In this document: piece by piece, positions 18,306-27,223 of the stretch
Layout of the letters: every line of letters starts with the position of its first letter
How positions within the stretch are numbered: the first letter of the stretch is position 1
NCBI GenBank assembly: GCA_035530295.1
Contig: DATKVB010000014.1
Coordinates: 279,881-343,880 of the forward strand
Origin: a bacterium
GTDB taxonomy: Bacteria; Spirochaetota; Spirochaetia; Treponematales; UBA12059
DNA length: 64,000 bases
Direction: 5' to 3'
Position numbers and translations under genes: made by a program
Notes under the pieces: generated by a model
Told to the model about the DNA's origin: nothing
Seen by the model: only the letters and a program-made list of their open reading frames with translations
Databases searched by the model: none

Positions 18306-19084
18306 AGTACTATCGCAACGCACTGATACTGCTCGCAGCTCTTGCGCTGACAGCGGTGACGGCCGCAACCGCCGAACCCACAGGGCTATCCGTAATGCAG
18401 GCCGTGTACGATCGGCCGCAGGGCAAGGACATGAGCGGCCTCCTGACCATGACGTTGGTCGACGCGAAGGGCAAGGAGCGGGTTCGTTCCATCAAGCAGA
18501 TACTGGGGACGTTTGGCGCCGTCGACAAGAAGCTGATGGTCTTCCAGAGTCCAGCGGACGTGCGCGGCACATCATTCATGAACTGGAGCTACGCCGAAGC
18601 CGGGAAGAGCGACGACCAGTGGATATATCTGCCCGCGCTCAAGCGCGTCAAGCGCATATCGTCGGAAGGCCGTGGCGACTACTTCATGGGCTCAGACTTT
18701 ACCTATGACGATCTGGGAGACCGCCACCCATCGGCGGATAACCATATGCTGACCGGCACTGAGACAATCGACGGAGATCCATGCTGGGTGGTGGAAAGCG
18801 TTCCGAAGAACCCGGCGGACCTGTACTCCAGGACAGTCACCTGGGTTTCAAAGGAAAAGTCAGTTGGCGTCAAGCGTGACTACTATGACAAGCGCGGCGC
18901 GCTCCAGAAGACCCTGCGCGTTTCATCCGTGGAGTTCATCTCCGGGGTGTGGATAATCAAGAAGACGGAGATGCACAACGTACAGAAAGGTACCAGCACC
19001 CGGATGGAGTTCACCGATGTCAAGATCAACACCGGTATCGCCGATGGCTCATTCTCCGAACTGGCCATGACCAGGGGGCTATGA
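18302..19084 (+). CDS. LolA-like outer-membrane lipoprotein-sorting protein family
   Basis: ATGA overlap with the MMPL gene. Signal peptide present. DDQWIYLPALKRVKRISSEGRGDYFMGSDFTYDDL is the hallmark motif of the LolA-like family. Confidence 0.85.
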   Translation: MKYYRNALILLAALALTAVTAATAEPTGLSVMQAVYDRPQGKDMSGLLTMTLVDAKGKERVRSIKQILGTFGAVDKKLMVFQSPADVRGTSFMNWSYAEAGKSDDQWIYLPALKRVKRISSEGRGDYFMGSDFTYDDLGDRHPSADNHMLTGTETIDGDPCWVVESVPKNPADLYSRTVTWVSKEKSVGVKRDYYDKRGALQKTLRVSSVEFISGVWIIKKTEMHNVQKGTSTRMEFTDVKINTGIADGSFSELAMTRGL

Positions 19085-20307
19085 TGAAGAAGTCCATCAG
19101 AATCGTTGCGATTATCGCTCTGGCTGCTCTGGCTGCTCTGGCGGTCATGTCCGCGGCGGCCGATGACGGTGCCGCCATCAATGGCTATGTACGAAGCAAG
19201 GTCGGAGCGTTGGTTGACGGCGGCGACTACTTCATTGCCGAGAATGTGCTGGACCTGAGGCTGTCGTACACGCTCGGGGCTGCCGGGTTCTACGCCAACC
19301 CGGTACTGTACGAGCGGGACGGAGCCGTGCTGCCGGTCGAGTTGCGGGAAGCTTACATTGACATGCGCGGCGATCTGCTCGACGTTCGCGTAGGCAAGCA
19401 ACAGATAATCTGGGGCAAGGGCGATGGGGTTTTCATAACCGACATCGTATCGCCCAAGGACCTTTCGCAGTTCCTGATACCCGATTTTGAGGAATTGCGG
19501 CTGGCGGTGACAGGTGCGAAAATCAACCTGCATGCCGGTACGCATGGACTGGAACTGGCCTGGCTGCCGTGGTTCACTCCATCGGTAACGCCGAGCGCCA
19601 CAGGAATATGGGCACCGACCATGCCGTTTGCGACAACGCCGACGATTCAGTCTGGAACTCTTCCTGGCTTCAATCTGGGAAACAGTGAATACTTCGCCAG
19701 GTACTCCTGGATGGGCTCGTCATTCGATGTCTCGCTTATGGGCGGCTGGTTCTGGAATGATACGCCGGCATACAAGGTGGTGAGCCTTGGGCCCCTCACT
19801 GTCAAACCGGAATACTACCAGCTTGCCGCCGGCGGCTATGCGGTATCCGGAGCCCTTGGCCCATTCATACTGCGGTCCGAAGGTGCCTTCTATGGTAACA
19901 AGCGCTTCCAGGGCAACCCCATGGTTTACCCCGACGGCTATGCCGAGAAGAACGAGATCCAGTACCTGGTGGGCAGTGACTTCTCGGTGGCCGGCTACAA
20001 CTTCGGCGTGCAGTTCATCCAGGACATCATTCTCGATCACGAGGACGATCTGGTCGACGATGCGGTAAAGAACACCGCGACATTCGTCGTCGCCAAGACC
20101 TTCCTGCGGGACACGCTGACGGTGGAAGTATTCTCCTATGTGGGCCTCGCGGCGCCCGACGCGCTTATCAAGCCCAAGGTGACGCTGGATGTGTCGGACG
20201 GGCTGGAAGTCTTCGCGGGTGCCTATATCTTCCTGGGCGACTCAGGCGACTTCGGCCAGTACGATGAAAACGATGGAGTCTATGCCGGGGCGAAGCTGAG
20301 CTTCTGA
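19081..20307 (+). CDS. Putative outer-membrane beta-barrel protein (third gene of the MMPL cluster)
   Basis: ATGA overlap with the LolA-like gene. Signal peptide MMKKSIRIVAIIALAALAALAVMSAAA, beta-rich sequence and C-terminal ...YAGAKLSF. Confidence 0.65.
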   Translation: MMKKSIRIVAIIALAALAALAVMSAAADDGAAINGYVRSKVGALVDGGDYFIAENVLDLRLSYTLGAAGFYANPVLYERDGAVLPVELREAYIDMRGDLLDVRVGKQQIIWGKGDGVFITDIVSPKDLSQFLIPDFEELRLAVTGAKINLHAGTHGLELAWLPWFTPSVTPSATGIWAPTMPFATTPTIQSGTLPGFNLGNSEYFARYSWMGSSFDVSLMGGWFWNDTPAYKVVSLGPLTVKPEYYQLAAGGYAVSGALGPFILRSEGAFYGNKRFQGNPMVYPDGYAEKNEIQYLVGSDFSVAGYNFGVQFIQDIILDHEDDLVDDAVKNTATFVVAKTFLRDTLTVEVFSYVGLAAPDALIKPKVTLDVSDGLEVFAGAYIFLGDSGDFGQYDENDGVYAGAKLSF

Positions 20308-20375
20308 TACATTGGAAGGCATGAGCTCTGCCCGGGATGAATCCAGGCGGAGCTCAGTGCCTTCGCTGTGAGCTG

Positions 20376-22652
20376 CTAGTAGAGTTCGTAACCAAGAGCT
20401 CCGACGTCCACTGCGAAATATGGAGTCACGCTTCCATCAAATCTTCCCGCTCCGCCGCAACGAAACAGCAGTCCGAATCCGTCGGAGAACCGAACGCCCG
20501 CGCCAACGTCAGCACTCCAATAGTGGGCAGGCGCGTCATTTTCGAATATACCGGTGTTCCTGATGACGCCGCCCGATGCCATGCGGGCTACGGCATATGT
20601 TGGCAAACCAAGTATCCGCGATAATTGAGCCGTCAGAATTTTCAACTCAATCCCTACTCCGGCGACATATGCTCCAATCTGTTCATCAACTGTCAGGAGC
20701 GCTGGAAACAGACGTCGGTCGGCCAAGGTGGGCTTGTAGGCCAGTGGGGCCGAATTCCAGCCATCTGTCGTGCCGCTCAAATCGGCGCCGGCTTTCCAGA
20801 GTAGCCCGCTTGTCGTGAACGTTCCCATGGGCAGATAGATTGCTCCCTTGGTTTCGACGGTACCAAAAACCGAAGCGGCGCCGAGTGCCTGTATCCCCTG
20901 AGTGAAATTCAAATCCATGGCGATACCCGTTGTAGTGAAAATCGCCGGAGATGTTCTGAGGATCGATGCATCTACTCGCACTGTTGTCACGTTGTTGGCC
21001 AGGAGATCCGCCAGGAAATCCAGGCCCAATGTATCCAGATTCCAGTCACGAGACAGGCCTATCGATACGAGGGCCCCTGGAAATGGCAGAAAGCCGGCTT
21101 GGGCAGTCATGCTCGCGGTGGTTCTGTAGAAGATATAATCTACGCTTGCTGTACTGACCGTTGGAGCTGATAGTGTTTCGAAATCATGGCGGAACACCAT
21201 GTCGGCGCCCAGAAAGAAGTCCGTAGCCCAAGTGTGGTCAATGGACGCCTCCATTCTCAGGGTATTCATCAACTCAAGGTTCATTGAAAGACCCGATCCT
21301 GGCAAGGGCCAGTCCTTCAGCTGGATGCTCGGCGTAACAATCATCCGGCTCGAAACCCTGCTTGAATAGGTACCAGCGTAGTTTATTCCGAGACGCATCG
21401 TATTGCTCGGGGATCCCCGCGGTTCCAGCGATACCTCAAGCATTGTGCCTTCGGATCCAGTGCGACGGACGCGCAGACTATCCAACGAGCGTTCGCGATA
21501 CAGGCGCATGATATTCGCAATCATGTCGGCGCCGCCATATTCCTTATCGATCATCGGTGATAGCCGGAGTCTGGCTGCGGACTGATCCTGCGCTGCCCCG
21601 CCAAGAACAAGCAATGACGAAAATGGTTCATAAGACGGTGCCATGACCTGTGTCTCGAAATCTGCGCCAAGGCTGTCACGCACGCGTTCCAATGCCGCGA
21701 TACTGTCTCTCGCAGCCATCATACCCTGGGCAATTATCATGTCACTCTTGGAGAAGTCCATGGCGGTGAAATCACGCAGATCAACCTCTATTATGCAATC
21801 GGCTCCGGGCAACTGTTCCAGGACATTGGAGCGGACCATGATATCCATCACCCGAGTCAAGTACTCCAGAGGCGTCCTGTCCATGATGTCCCTGCTTGAG
21901 GCGAAGCCACCGAGCAGATCTACTGCTATGATGATGTCCGCACCCATTGACCGTGCGATGTCGACAGGCAGGTTGTCTACGATGCCGCCATCCATCAAAT
22001 AGCGATCATCAATTCGGAAAGGAGCAAAGACTCCGGGGATGCTCATGCTTGCCCGCATCGCATCGGAAAGCGAACCATCCCGTATCACCACTGACTCGCG
22101 GGCAGAAATATCAGCGGCAACAGCGCGGAAGCGGCGGGAGAGTGTGTCAAAATCCACCGGAGATGGAATTGCCAATGTCAGACAGTCCATGTAGGTCAGT
22201 ATCTTCTTGCCGCTCAATAATCCACCGCTACCCTTGACTCCTGACCCATCGAAGCCCACAGAGGCGAAATACCTGGAGCGATCTCTCTTGATAGGATAGG
22301 GATCGTCTCGCGATGCGCTATTCTCGGAGAACAAATCCTGCCAATCGATATCTGCGACAATCTGTTGCAGGCTCTGGGCATCATATCCAGTGGCGTATAG
22401 CCCTCCAACAATCGCACCCATGCTTGTTCCGACCACAATGTCTACCGGTATGCCGAGTTCCTCGATTACTTCGATGACTCCGATGTGGGCCAAACCCAGC
22501 GCGGCACCGCCTTCGAGTACCAGAGCCACCCTGGGGCGACTGGCTTTCTCACCAGTATCTGGTGCAGTAGCTATAGGTACAGGTGCAGCATAGAGGGGGG
22601 AAAAAGCCAGGCCGATAACGATGATCAGAACGCGAGTCGGTGCATGAATCAT
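20376..22652 (-). CDS. Patatin-like phospholipase fused to an Omp85/PlpD-type beta-barrel (type Vd autotransporter-like)
   Basis: Signal peptide; patatin motifs EGGAALG, GTSMG (GxSxG) and MDGG (catalytic Asp); ~400-aa beta-strand-rich C-terminal half. Confidence 0.82.
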   Translation of the reverse strand: MIHAPTRVLIIVIGLAFSPLYAAPVPIATAPDTGEKASRPRVALVLEGGAALGLAHIGVIEVIEELGIPVDIVVGTSMGAIVGGLYATGYDAQSLQQIVADIDWQDLFSENSASRDDPYPIKRDRSRYFASVGFDGSGVKGSGGLLSGKKILTYMDCLTLAIPSPVDFDTLSRRFRAVAADISARESVVIRDGSLSDAMRASMSIPGVFAPFRIDDRYLMDGGIVDNLPVDIARSMGADIIIAVDLLGGFASSRDIMDRTPLEYLTRVMDIMVRSNVLEQLPGADCIIEVDLRDFTAMDFSKSDMIIAQGMMAARDSIAALERVRDSLGADFETQVMAPSYEPFSSLLVLGGAAQDQSAARLRLSPMIDKEYGGADMIANIMRLYRERSLDSLRVRRTGSEGTMLEVSLEPRGSPSNTMRLGINYAGTYSSRVSSRMIVTPSIQLKDWPLPGSGLSMNLELMNTLRMEASIDHTWATDFFLGADMVFRHDFETLSAPTVSTASVDYIFYRTTASMTAQAGFLPFPGALVSIGLSRDWNLDTLGLDFLADLLANNVTTVRVDASILRTSPAIFTTTGIAMDLNFTQGIQALGAASVFGTVETKGAIYLPMGTFTTSGLLWKAGADLSGTTDGWNSAPLAYKPTLADRRLFPALLTVDEQIGAYVAGVGIELKILTAQLSRILGLPTYAVARMASGGVIRNTGIFENDAPAHYWSADVGAGVRFSDGFGLLFRCGGAGRFDGSVTPYFAVDVGALGYELY

Positions 22653-22744
22653 GTTTGGTTATCATAGCACCGTATCGCCGGGCTGTCGCGAATAGTCCAC
22701 AGACAGGCTGTTTCCCTGGTTCGATTTATCCTCAGTAGACATTT

Positions 22745-23569
22745 TCAACTATCGCCGAACACATGGCTCGCGACGTGTACGCCCAACAGCATGCCCGAGT
22801 AGTCGCGCCGGCCGGCGTCCGATCCGGCGGCGCCCGCGGCGATGAACAGCGGCACCAGGTGTTCGCTGCGAGGATGGCAAGCCAAAGCCTCGGGAGCCTG
22901 CTTCCAGTGCACCAAAGCATGCCGACGCTGTTCCGGGTCGGTCATGGCTACCGTTTCCGCGAGCCAGTCGTCAAAGCGCTTCGAGGCGGCCAGCGCGTGC
23001 GGGTCGCCCGACATGAAGCCACGCATGTTGTGGTAGCTCATGCCGCTACCGATGATAAGCACGCCTTCATCACGGAGGGGCTCCAGTGCCCTGCCCATAG
23101 CAAAGTGGGTGGCGGGATCGAGTCCCGTCACCAATGATAACTGGGCCACTGGAATGCTAGCCTCGGGAAAGGCCACCATCATCGGCACAAAGGTGCCGTG
23201 ATCGTAGCCGCGCTCCGATTCCGTCCTGGTCTCGAAACCTGCTTCCTGCAATAGTCGGTTTGCGCGCGCGGCCAGAGCTGGATCGCCCGGTGCTGGCCAT
23301 TTCAGGCTGTAGGTGTGTGCGGGAAAGCCGCCATAGTCGTAGAGCATGCCTGGATTCTTGCCATCGTGAATGGTTGGTCTGGCTTCTTCCCAGTGTGCCG
23401 ATATCACAAGAATCGACGCTATCGTGTGCTTGTAGCGGGCGCCGAGCTCAACGAGATAAGCCTCCAGCCCGTCATAGCCTGATTCATTTCCAAAGGACTC
23501 CTTCATGACATGCCATGGGCCACCACCATGCGGTATATAGATCGCCGGGAGTCTGTTGTTCTCATTCAT
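22745..23569 (-). CDS. Class III extradiol dioxygenase (LigB/YgiD, DOPA-dioxygenase-like)
   Basis: IYIPHGGGPW..., ISAHWE and SYHN motifs. Trimmed to ATG 23569 (MNENNRLPAIY...). Confidence 0.8.
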   Translation of the reverse strand: MNENNRLPAIYIPHGGGPWHVMKESFGNESGYDGLEAYLVELGARYKHTIASILVISAHWEEARPTIHDGKNPGMLYDYGGFPAHTYSLKWPAPGDPALAARANRLLQEAGFETRTESERGYDHGTFVPMMVAFPEASIPVAQLSLVTGLDPATHFAMGRALEPLRDEGVLIIGSGMSYHNMRGFMSGDPHALAASKRFDDWLAETVAMTDPEQRRHALVHWKQAPEALACHPRSEHLVPLFIAAGAAGSDAGRRDYSGMLLGVHVASHVFGDS

Positions 23570-23645
23570 GGCACACCTCGTATGTCCAAGGTACGGACAA
23601 CGTGGCTCCAAGGCAACCAGAAGCCTGATGGCGTTGATGATCGCG

Positions 23646-23674
23646 TTGCCCACCCCTCACCAAGGTTGTATAAT
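23646..23674 (+). promoter_or_regulatory. Candidate promoter TTGCCC-N17-TATAAT placed 6 nt from the eamA ATG (leaderless transcript candidate)
   Basis: TTGCCC at 23646-23651 and a perfect TATAAT at 23669-23674. The ATG is at 23681 and no SD lies between. Confidence 0.5.
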
Positions 23675-23680
23675 CCTTCA

Positions 23681-24583
23681 ATGAACAGCACGCAAGACCA
23701 GCAGCATCTCCCAGCCAGCGCCCTCATCGGAGCCTTGCTGGTTTCGGTGATATGGGGATTGAACTTCATAGCTATCAAGGTTGGGGTCTCCGGAGTTCCG
23801 CCCCTGCTCCTCGCTGCGATACGATTTATCCTCTCCGCGTTTCCGGCGGTATTGTTCGTGAAGCGCCCCAGGGTGCCAATGGGGTACTTGGCCGCTTACG
23901 GCCTCTTGTTGGGCATAGGCGAGTTCGGTCTGCTCTTCACCGCGATCAAGCTCGGCGCTCCCGCAGGCCTCAGTTCCATAATACTGCAGTCCCAGGCATT
24001 CTTTACGGCTCTGCTTGCCGTGGCGTTTCTAAAGGAGCACATGCACGCTCACAATGTGGTGGGCATGGCCCTGGCGGCCCTGGGTCTTGCCATAGTCGCC
24101 GTGTCGGGCAACACGGGCACGCTCTCCATGGCGCTGACGGCGATGCTACTGCTCGCTTCGTTCTTCTGGGCAGCCGCCAATATTGTTGCCAGGATCATGC
24201 CAAAAACAGACGGCCTTGCCCTGATGGTGTGGTCAAGCCTGTTCTCTCCGCTGCCGCTTATCGGGCTCTCGCTTGCTTTGGAGGGGCCTGCCGCGATCTG
24301 CAGCTCGCTAGCGCATCTGGGTTTCGCGTCGCTAGGAGCCATAGCCTACCTCGTGATCATGTCAACGCTCTTTGGCTATGGAGTCTGGAACCAGCTTATC
24401 ATGCGCCATGGCGCCAGCCGTATAGCCCCGTTCTCGCTCCTGGTGCCGATTTTTGGTGTCAGTGCTGGCGCGCTGGTGCTGCAAGAGCATTTTGCCCTGT
24501 CGGACGGCATCGCGTCAGCGCTGGTCCTGTCCGGGCTTCTGGTACATGTGTTCGGAGGCACGCGGCGCCGCGTCCGAGACTGA
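23681..24583 (+). CDS. EamA/DMT-superfamily transporter
   Basis: 10-TM-like protein with duplicated EamA halves. First in-frame ATG preceding TM1 (MNSTQDQQHLPASALIGALLVSVIWGLNF...). Confidence 0.85.
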   Translation: MNSTQDQQHLPASALIGALLVSVIWGLNFIAIKVGVSGVPPLLLAAIRFILSAFPAVLFVKRPRVPMGYLAAYGLLLGIGEFGLLFTAIKLGAPAGLSSIILQSQAFFTALLAVAFLKEHMHAHNVVGMALAALGLAIVAVSGNTGTLSMALTAMLLLASFFWAAANIVARIMPKTDGLALMVWSSLFSPLPLIGLSLALEGPAAICSSLAHLGFASLGAIAYLVIMSTLFGYGVWNQLIMRHGASRIAPFSLLVPIFGVSAGALVLQEHFALSDGIASALVLSGLLVHVFGGTRRRVRD

Positions 24584-24665
24584 TTCCTGTCAAAGAGGTA
24601 CCTGGAATTTCGGGTTGACAGGCGCGGAAAACCGGTCAAGCTGTATGTTGAAGGAGCGTAGTACC

Positions 24666-25127
24666 ATGGCAGCAGGAACGGAATCGGCCTCAAAGAGAGG
24701 CGCGCATGACTCCGATGCGGAAAATGATGAGTCAATCAATGATGAAATCGCGGAATTTCACCGCGAGCGGGCCCGAATCCGGCAACTCATGGGCCAGATC
24801 GGCGGAGTGCAATACTCCAAGGCTGATACGGTTATAAATGTATTCTTCATAGTCATGGTGCTGGGATTTTTCGGGATAGAGCTGTTCTTTCACCCGCTAC
24901 CGACGACTGTGTCCATCGAGATCGGGGTCTTCCTGATTTCGATCAAGATGCTGTGGATGATTCACGCTAACCAGAAATTCAACCACTTTGTATTCTGGGT
25001 GCTCAATACTGTCGAATACCGGCTCAACGCCAATGCCAAGGCGCTTGAAGAGTTGACGGCTTCCGTCGACGCCTTGCGTGGGACTCGGACCATCGACAAG
25101 CAAGATGCAAGGCACACGAAGGACTAG
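24666..25127 (+). CDS. Hypothetical membrane protein (acidic N-terminus, 2 TM)
   Basis: ATG 24666 lies 9 nt after AAGGAG. Two hydrophobic helices. No recognisable family. Confidence 0.55.
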   Translation: MAAGTESASKRGAHDSDAENDESINDEIAEFHRERARIRQLMGQIGGVQYSKADTVINVFFIVMVLGFFGIELFFHPLPTTVSIEIGVFLISIKMLWMIHANQKFNHFVFWVLNTVEYRLNANAKALEELTASVDALRGTRTIDKQDARHTKD

Positions 25128-25162
25128 ACGGGCAGTCCGGAGGTTTCGCGGCGGCCGGGTTC

Positions 25163-27223
25163 TCAGGTTGTGGCCTGGCCTGGCCTGAACGCCAACTCCA
25201 CTACTGCGCCTCCGTCGGAGCGCGTCTTAAGGGTGCCGTTGATCTGTTCTGCGAGTACCTGCATGATGGTCATGCCCAGATGTCTACCGGCAGTGGATCC
25301 GGCCGCCGTATCAAAACCGACTCCGTTGTCACGAATTGTGATCCTCACCAATCCTTCTGCCTGAAGCTTCCCTGAAATTACTATCTGTGGTATCCCTTTC
25401 CATCCAGATGGGAACGCATGCTTCATGCTGTTTGTAACCGCTTCGTTCAGGATGAGTCCGCAGGGCACTGCTTCCACGAGGCTCAGCTTGAACCCTCCGA
25501 AGTTGAACCTGTACTGGATGGGCTGATCGACCTTACTGGCGAGCAGGTGGCTCGCGAGGGATTCCGCGTAGGTCTTGAAATCCAGCCCGCTAAAATCATT
25601 GGCGCTGTACAGGAGTTCGTGAACCAGCGCTATCGAATGGATGCGTGACCCTGCTTCAAGGAGGGCATCCAGCGCGTAGGGATCATCGGTCCCGCTCTGC
25701 TGCAGTGACAGCAGACTGGCAACCACCTGCAAGTTGTTCTTTACACGATGATGCACCTCGCGCAGCAGGATGTCCTTCTCGTTGAGCGATTTCTCTATTC
25801 TCTCTCTTGCCTGTATCATTTCGGTGGTGTCGTGGCCTATCCCGGTTGCCCCGGAAAGCCTTCCACCGGAATCCAGGTTACGTACGACGCTCCAGTCTAT
25901 GATTCGTTGTTCGCCATTCTTCGCCAGTATGGCGGACCTGACCAGCGTGGACGACTGGCCGCCCAGAAGGACGTTCTCGAATGGGCAGTGCTCTCCTGGT
26001 GCGCACAGATGGGATTTGAATGACAGGTCAAGAATCTCCTCTGACAGATAGCCCAGGATCTTCAGCGCGTACGGGTTTGCATACTTGATAAAGCCATCAT
26101 GGTCGACCGTTATGGCTACCAGCTCTATCGATTCAAGTACCTCTCTGAATCCTCGCTCGCGATCTCTGAGCGTTCCTTCGCGTTCACCTATTGCGCCTAC
26201 CATCCGGTCCAGACTCTGACCGACTTCCTCAAACTCGGCGAAGCCATCGCCAAAATCCCTGAGTTTGCCATAATCACCCTGCGATATGCGGCTGGCCTCT
26301 CCTGAAATGGCCCTGAACGCGCTCCATACCCTGCGAAGCCTCTGCCGCCAGAAAACGGCGCCTATGACCGCGATAAAAACGGATAGTCCGAGCATGTCCA
26401 GCAATGTGCGCCGCAGCGAGGCGTAGAATGCTTCCTGTGGATACATCACCAATACATGCCAATCCGGTCCGCGCAGGGTCTTTGTGGAGACCAGCCACGA
26501 TATGGGGCCCTCCATGACCTGGATGGACTGGGCTGAATCTCTATATTCGCGAATCCGGGTAAAGTCGGTCTGTCGCTCTCGTCGCAGAACATGTAGCATA
26601 TCGGGATGATAGAGGAGTATGCCGTTGCCATCGGTCAGGCGAATCTCGAACAGGTGATCAGGAATCATCAGCGCGTTCGATGTGAAGTCGCGTAGCCACC
26701 TCAGATTCAGGCCGACCAGGATGACGTTGGAGCCCACGCTGATTCCGTAGGTGACGGCTGGCATATTGCCCTGTAGTGAAATGTATGAATCGGACCAATA
26801 TGCGCCACCAGCCTTCTTGACCGATTCGTATATATCCTCTCCTTCCCGCGATATCCCGATGCTGTCAGGGTCTGCGGGTGCCAGGGCGACGATTCGGCCA
26901 TCCTGCCCGAGTATCTCTATGCGGTCAAGAAACGGGAAGTCCTGCAAGCTGTCATTCAGGTATTCCTGCAGGTGTTTCTGTGGATATATATCCTGTCTGT
27001 TGGCCATCGATGCTATGTGGTGTGTCGAATCACGGACTTGGGCAAAGAATTCGTCGAGCCTGCTCGCGACGAGCGTGGCGCTCAGCGCATTCATTTTGGC
27101 GAACGAGTCCTGCATTGTGAAGCTGAGCGTCCACAGGCTTGCAAAACTCGCAGCCATGAACAATATCGCAAAAAGCACGATGATGCCTGCAAGGTAGCGC
27201 GAAAGGGTCACGGACCTTTTCAT
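25163..27223 (-). CDS. Sensor histidine kinase, HisKA_2/HWE type, with periplasmic Cache-like, HAMP and PAS domains
   Basis: Two TM segments flank a ~270-aa periplasmic domain. H-box VHHRVKNNLQVVASLLSLQ and a C-terminal HATPase (NAVTNSMKHAF, DNGVGF). Confidence 0.9.
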   Translation of the reverse strand: MKRSVTLSRYLAGIIVLFAILFMAASFASLWTLSFTMQDSFAKMNALSATLVASRLDEFFAQVRDSTHHIASMANRQDIYPQKHLQEYLNDSLQDFPFLDRIEILGQDGRIVALAPADPDSIGISREGEDIYESVKKAGGAYWSDSYISLQGNMPAVTYGISVGSNVILVGLNLRWLRDFTSNALMIPDHLFEIRLTDGNGILLYHPDMLHVLRRERQTDFTRIREYRDSAQSIQVMEGPISWLVSTKTLRGPDWHVLVMYPQEAFYASLRRTLLDMLGLSVFIAVIGAVFWRQRLRRVWSAFRAISGEASRISQGDYGKLRDFGDGFAEFEEVGQSLDRMVGAIGEREGTLRDRERGFREVLESIELVAITVDHDGFIKYANPYALKILGYLSEEILDLSFKSHLCAPGEHCPFENVLLGGQSSTLVRSAILAKNGEQRIIDWSVVRNLDSGGRLSGATGIGHDTTEMIQARERIEKSLNEKDILLREVHHRVKNNLQVVASLLSLQQSGTDDPYALDALLEAGSRIHSIALVHELLYSANDFSGLDFKTYAESLASHLLASKVDQPIQYRFNFGGFKLSLVEAVPCGLILNEAVTNSMKHAFPSGWKGIPQIVISGKLQAEGLVRITIRDNGVGFDTAAGSTAGRHLGMTIMQVLAEQINGTLKTRSDGGAVVELAFRPGQATT

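Noticed and set aside
20308-20375. Interrupted hairpin AGGCA-T-GAGCTC ... GAGCTC-AG-TGCCT between the barrel gene and the patatin gene, as a terminator
   Set aside because: The stem is broken by an asymmetric internal loop, the apical loop is long, and there is no U-tract on either strand. This is too weak to annotate.
22690-22740. tRNA-like T-arm sequence (CTGGTTCGATTTATCC) between the dioxygenase and patatin genes
   Set aside because: There is no complementary T-stem 3' strand, acceptor stem or anticodon arm. It is a chance resemblance to GGTTCGA.
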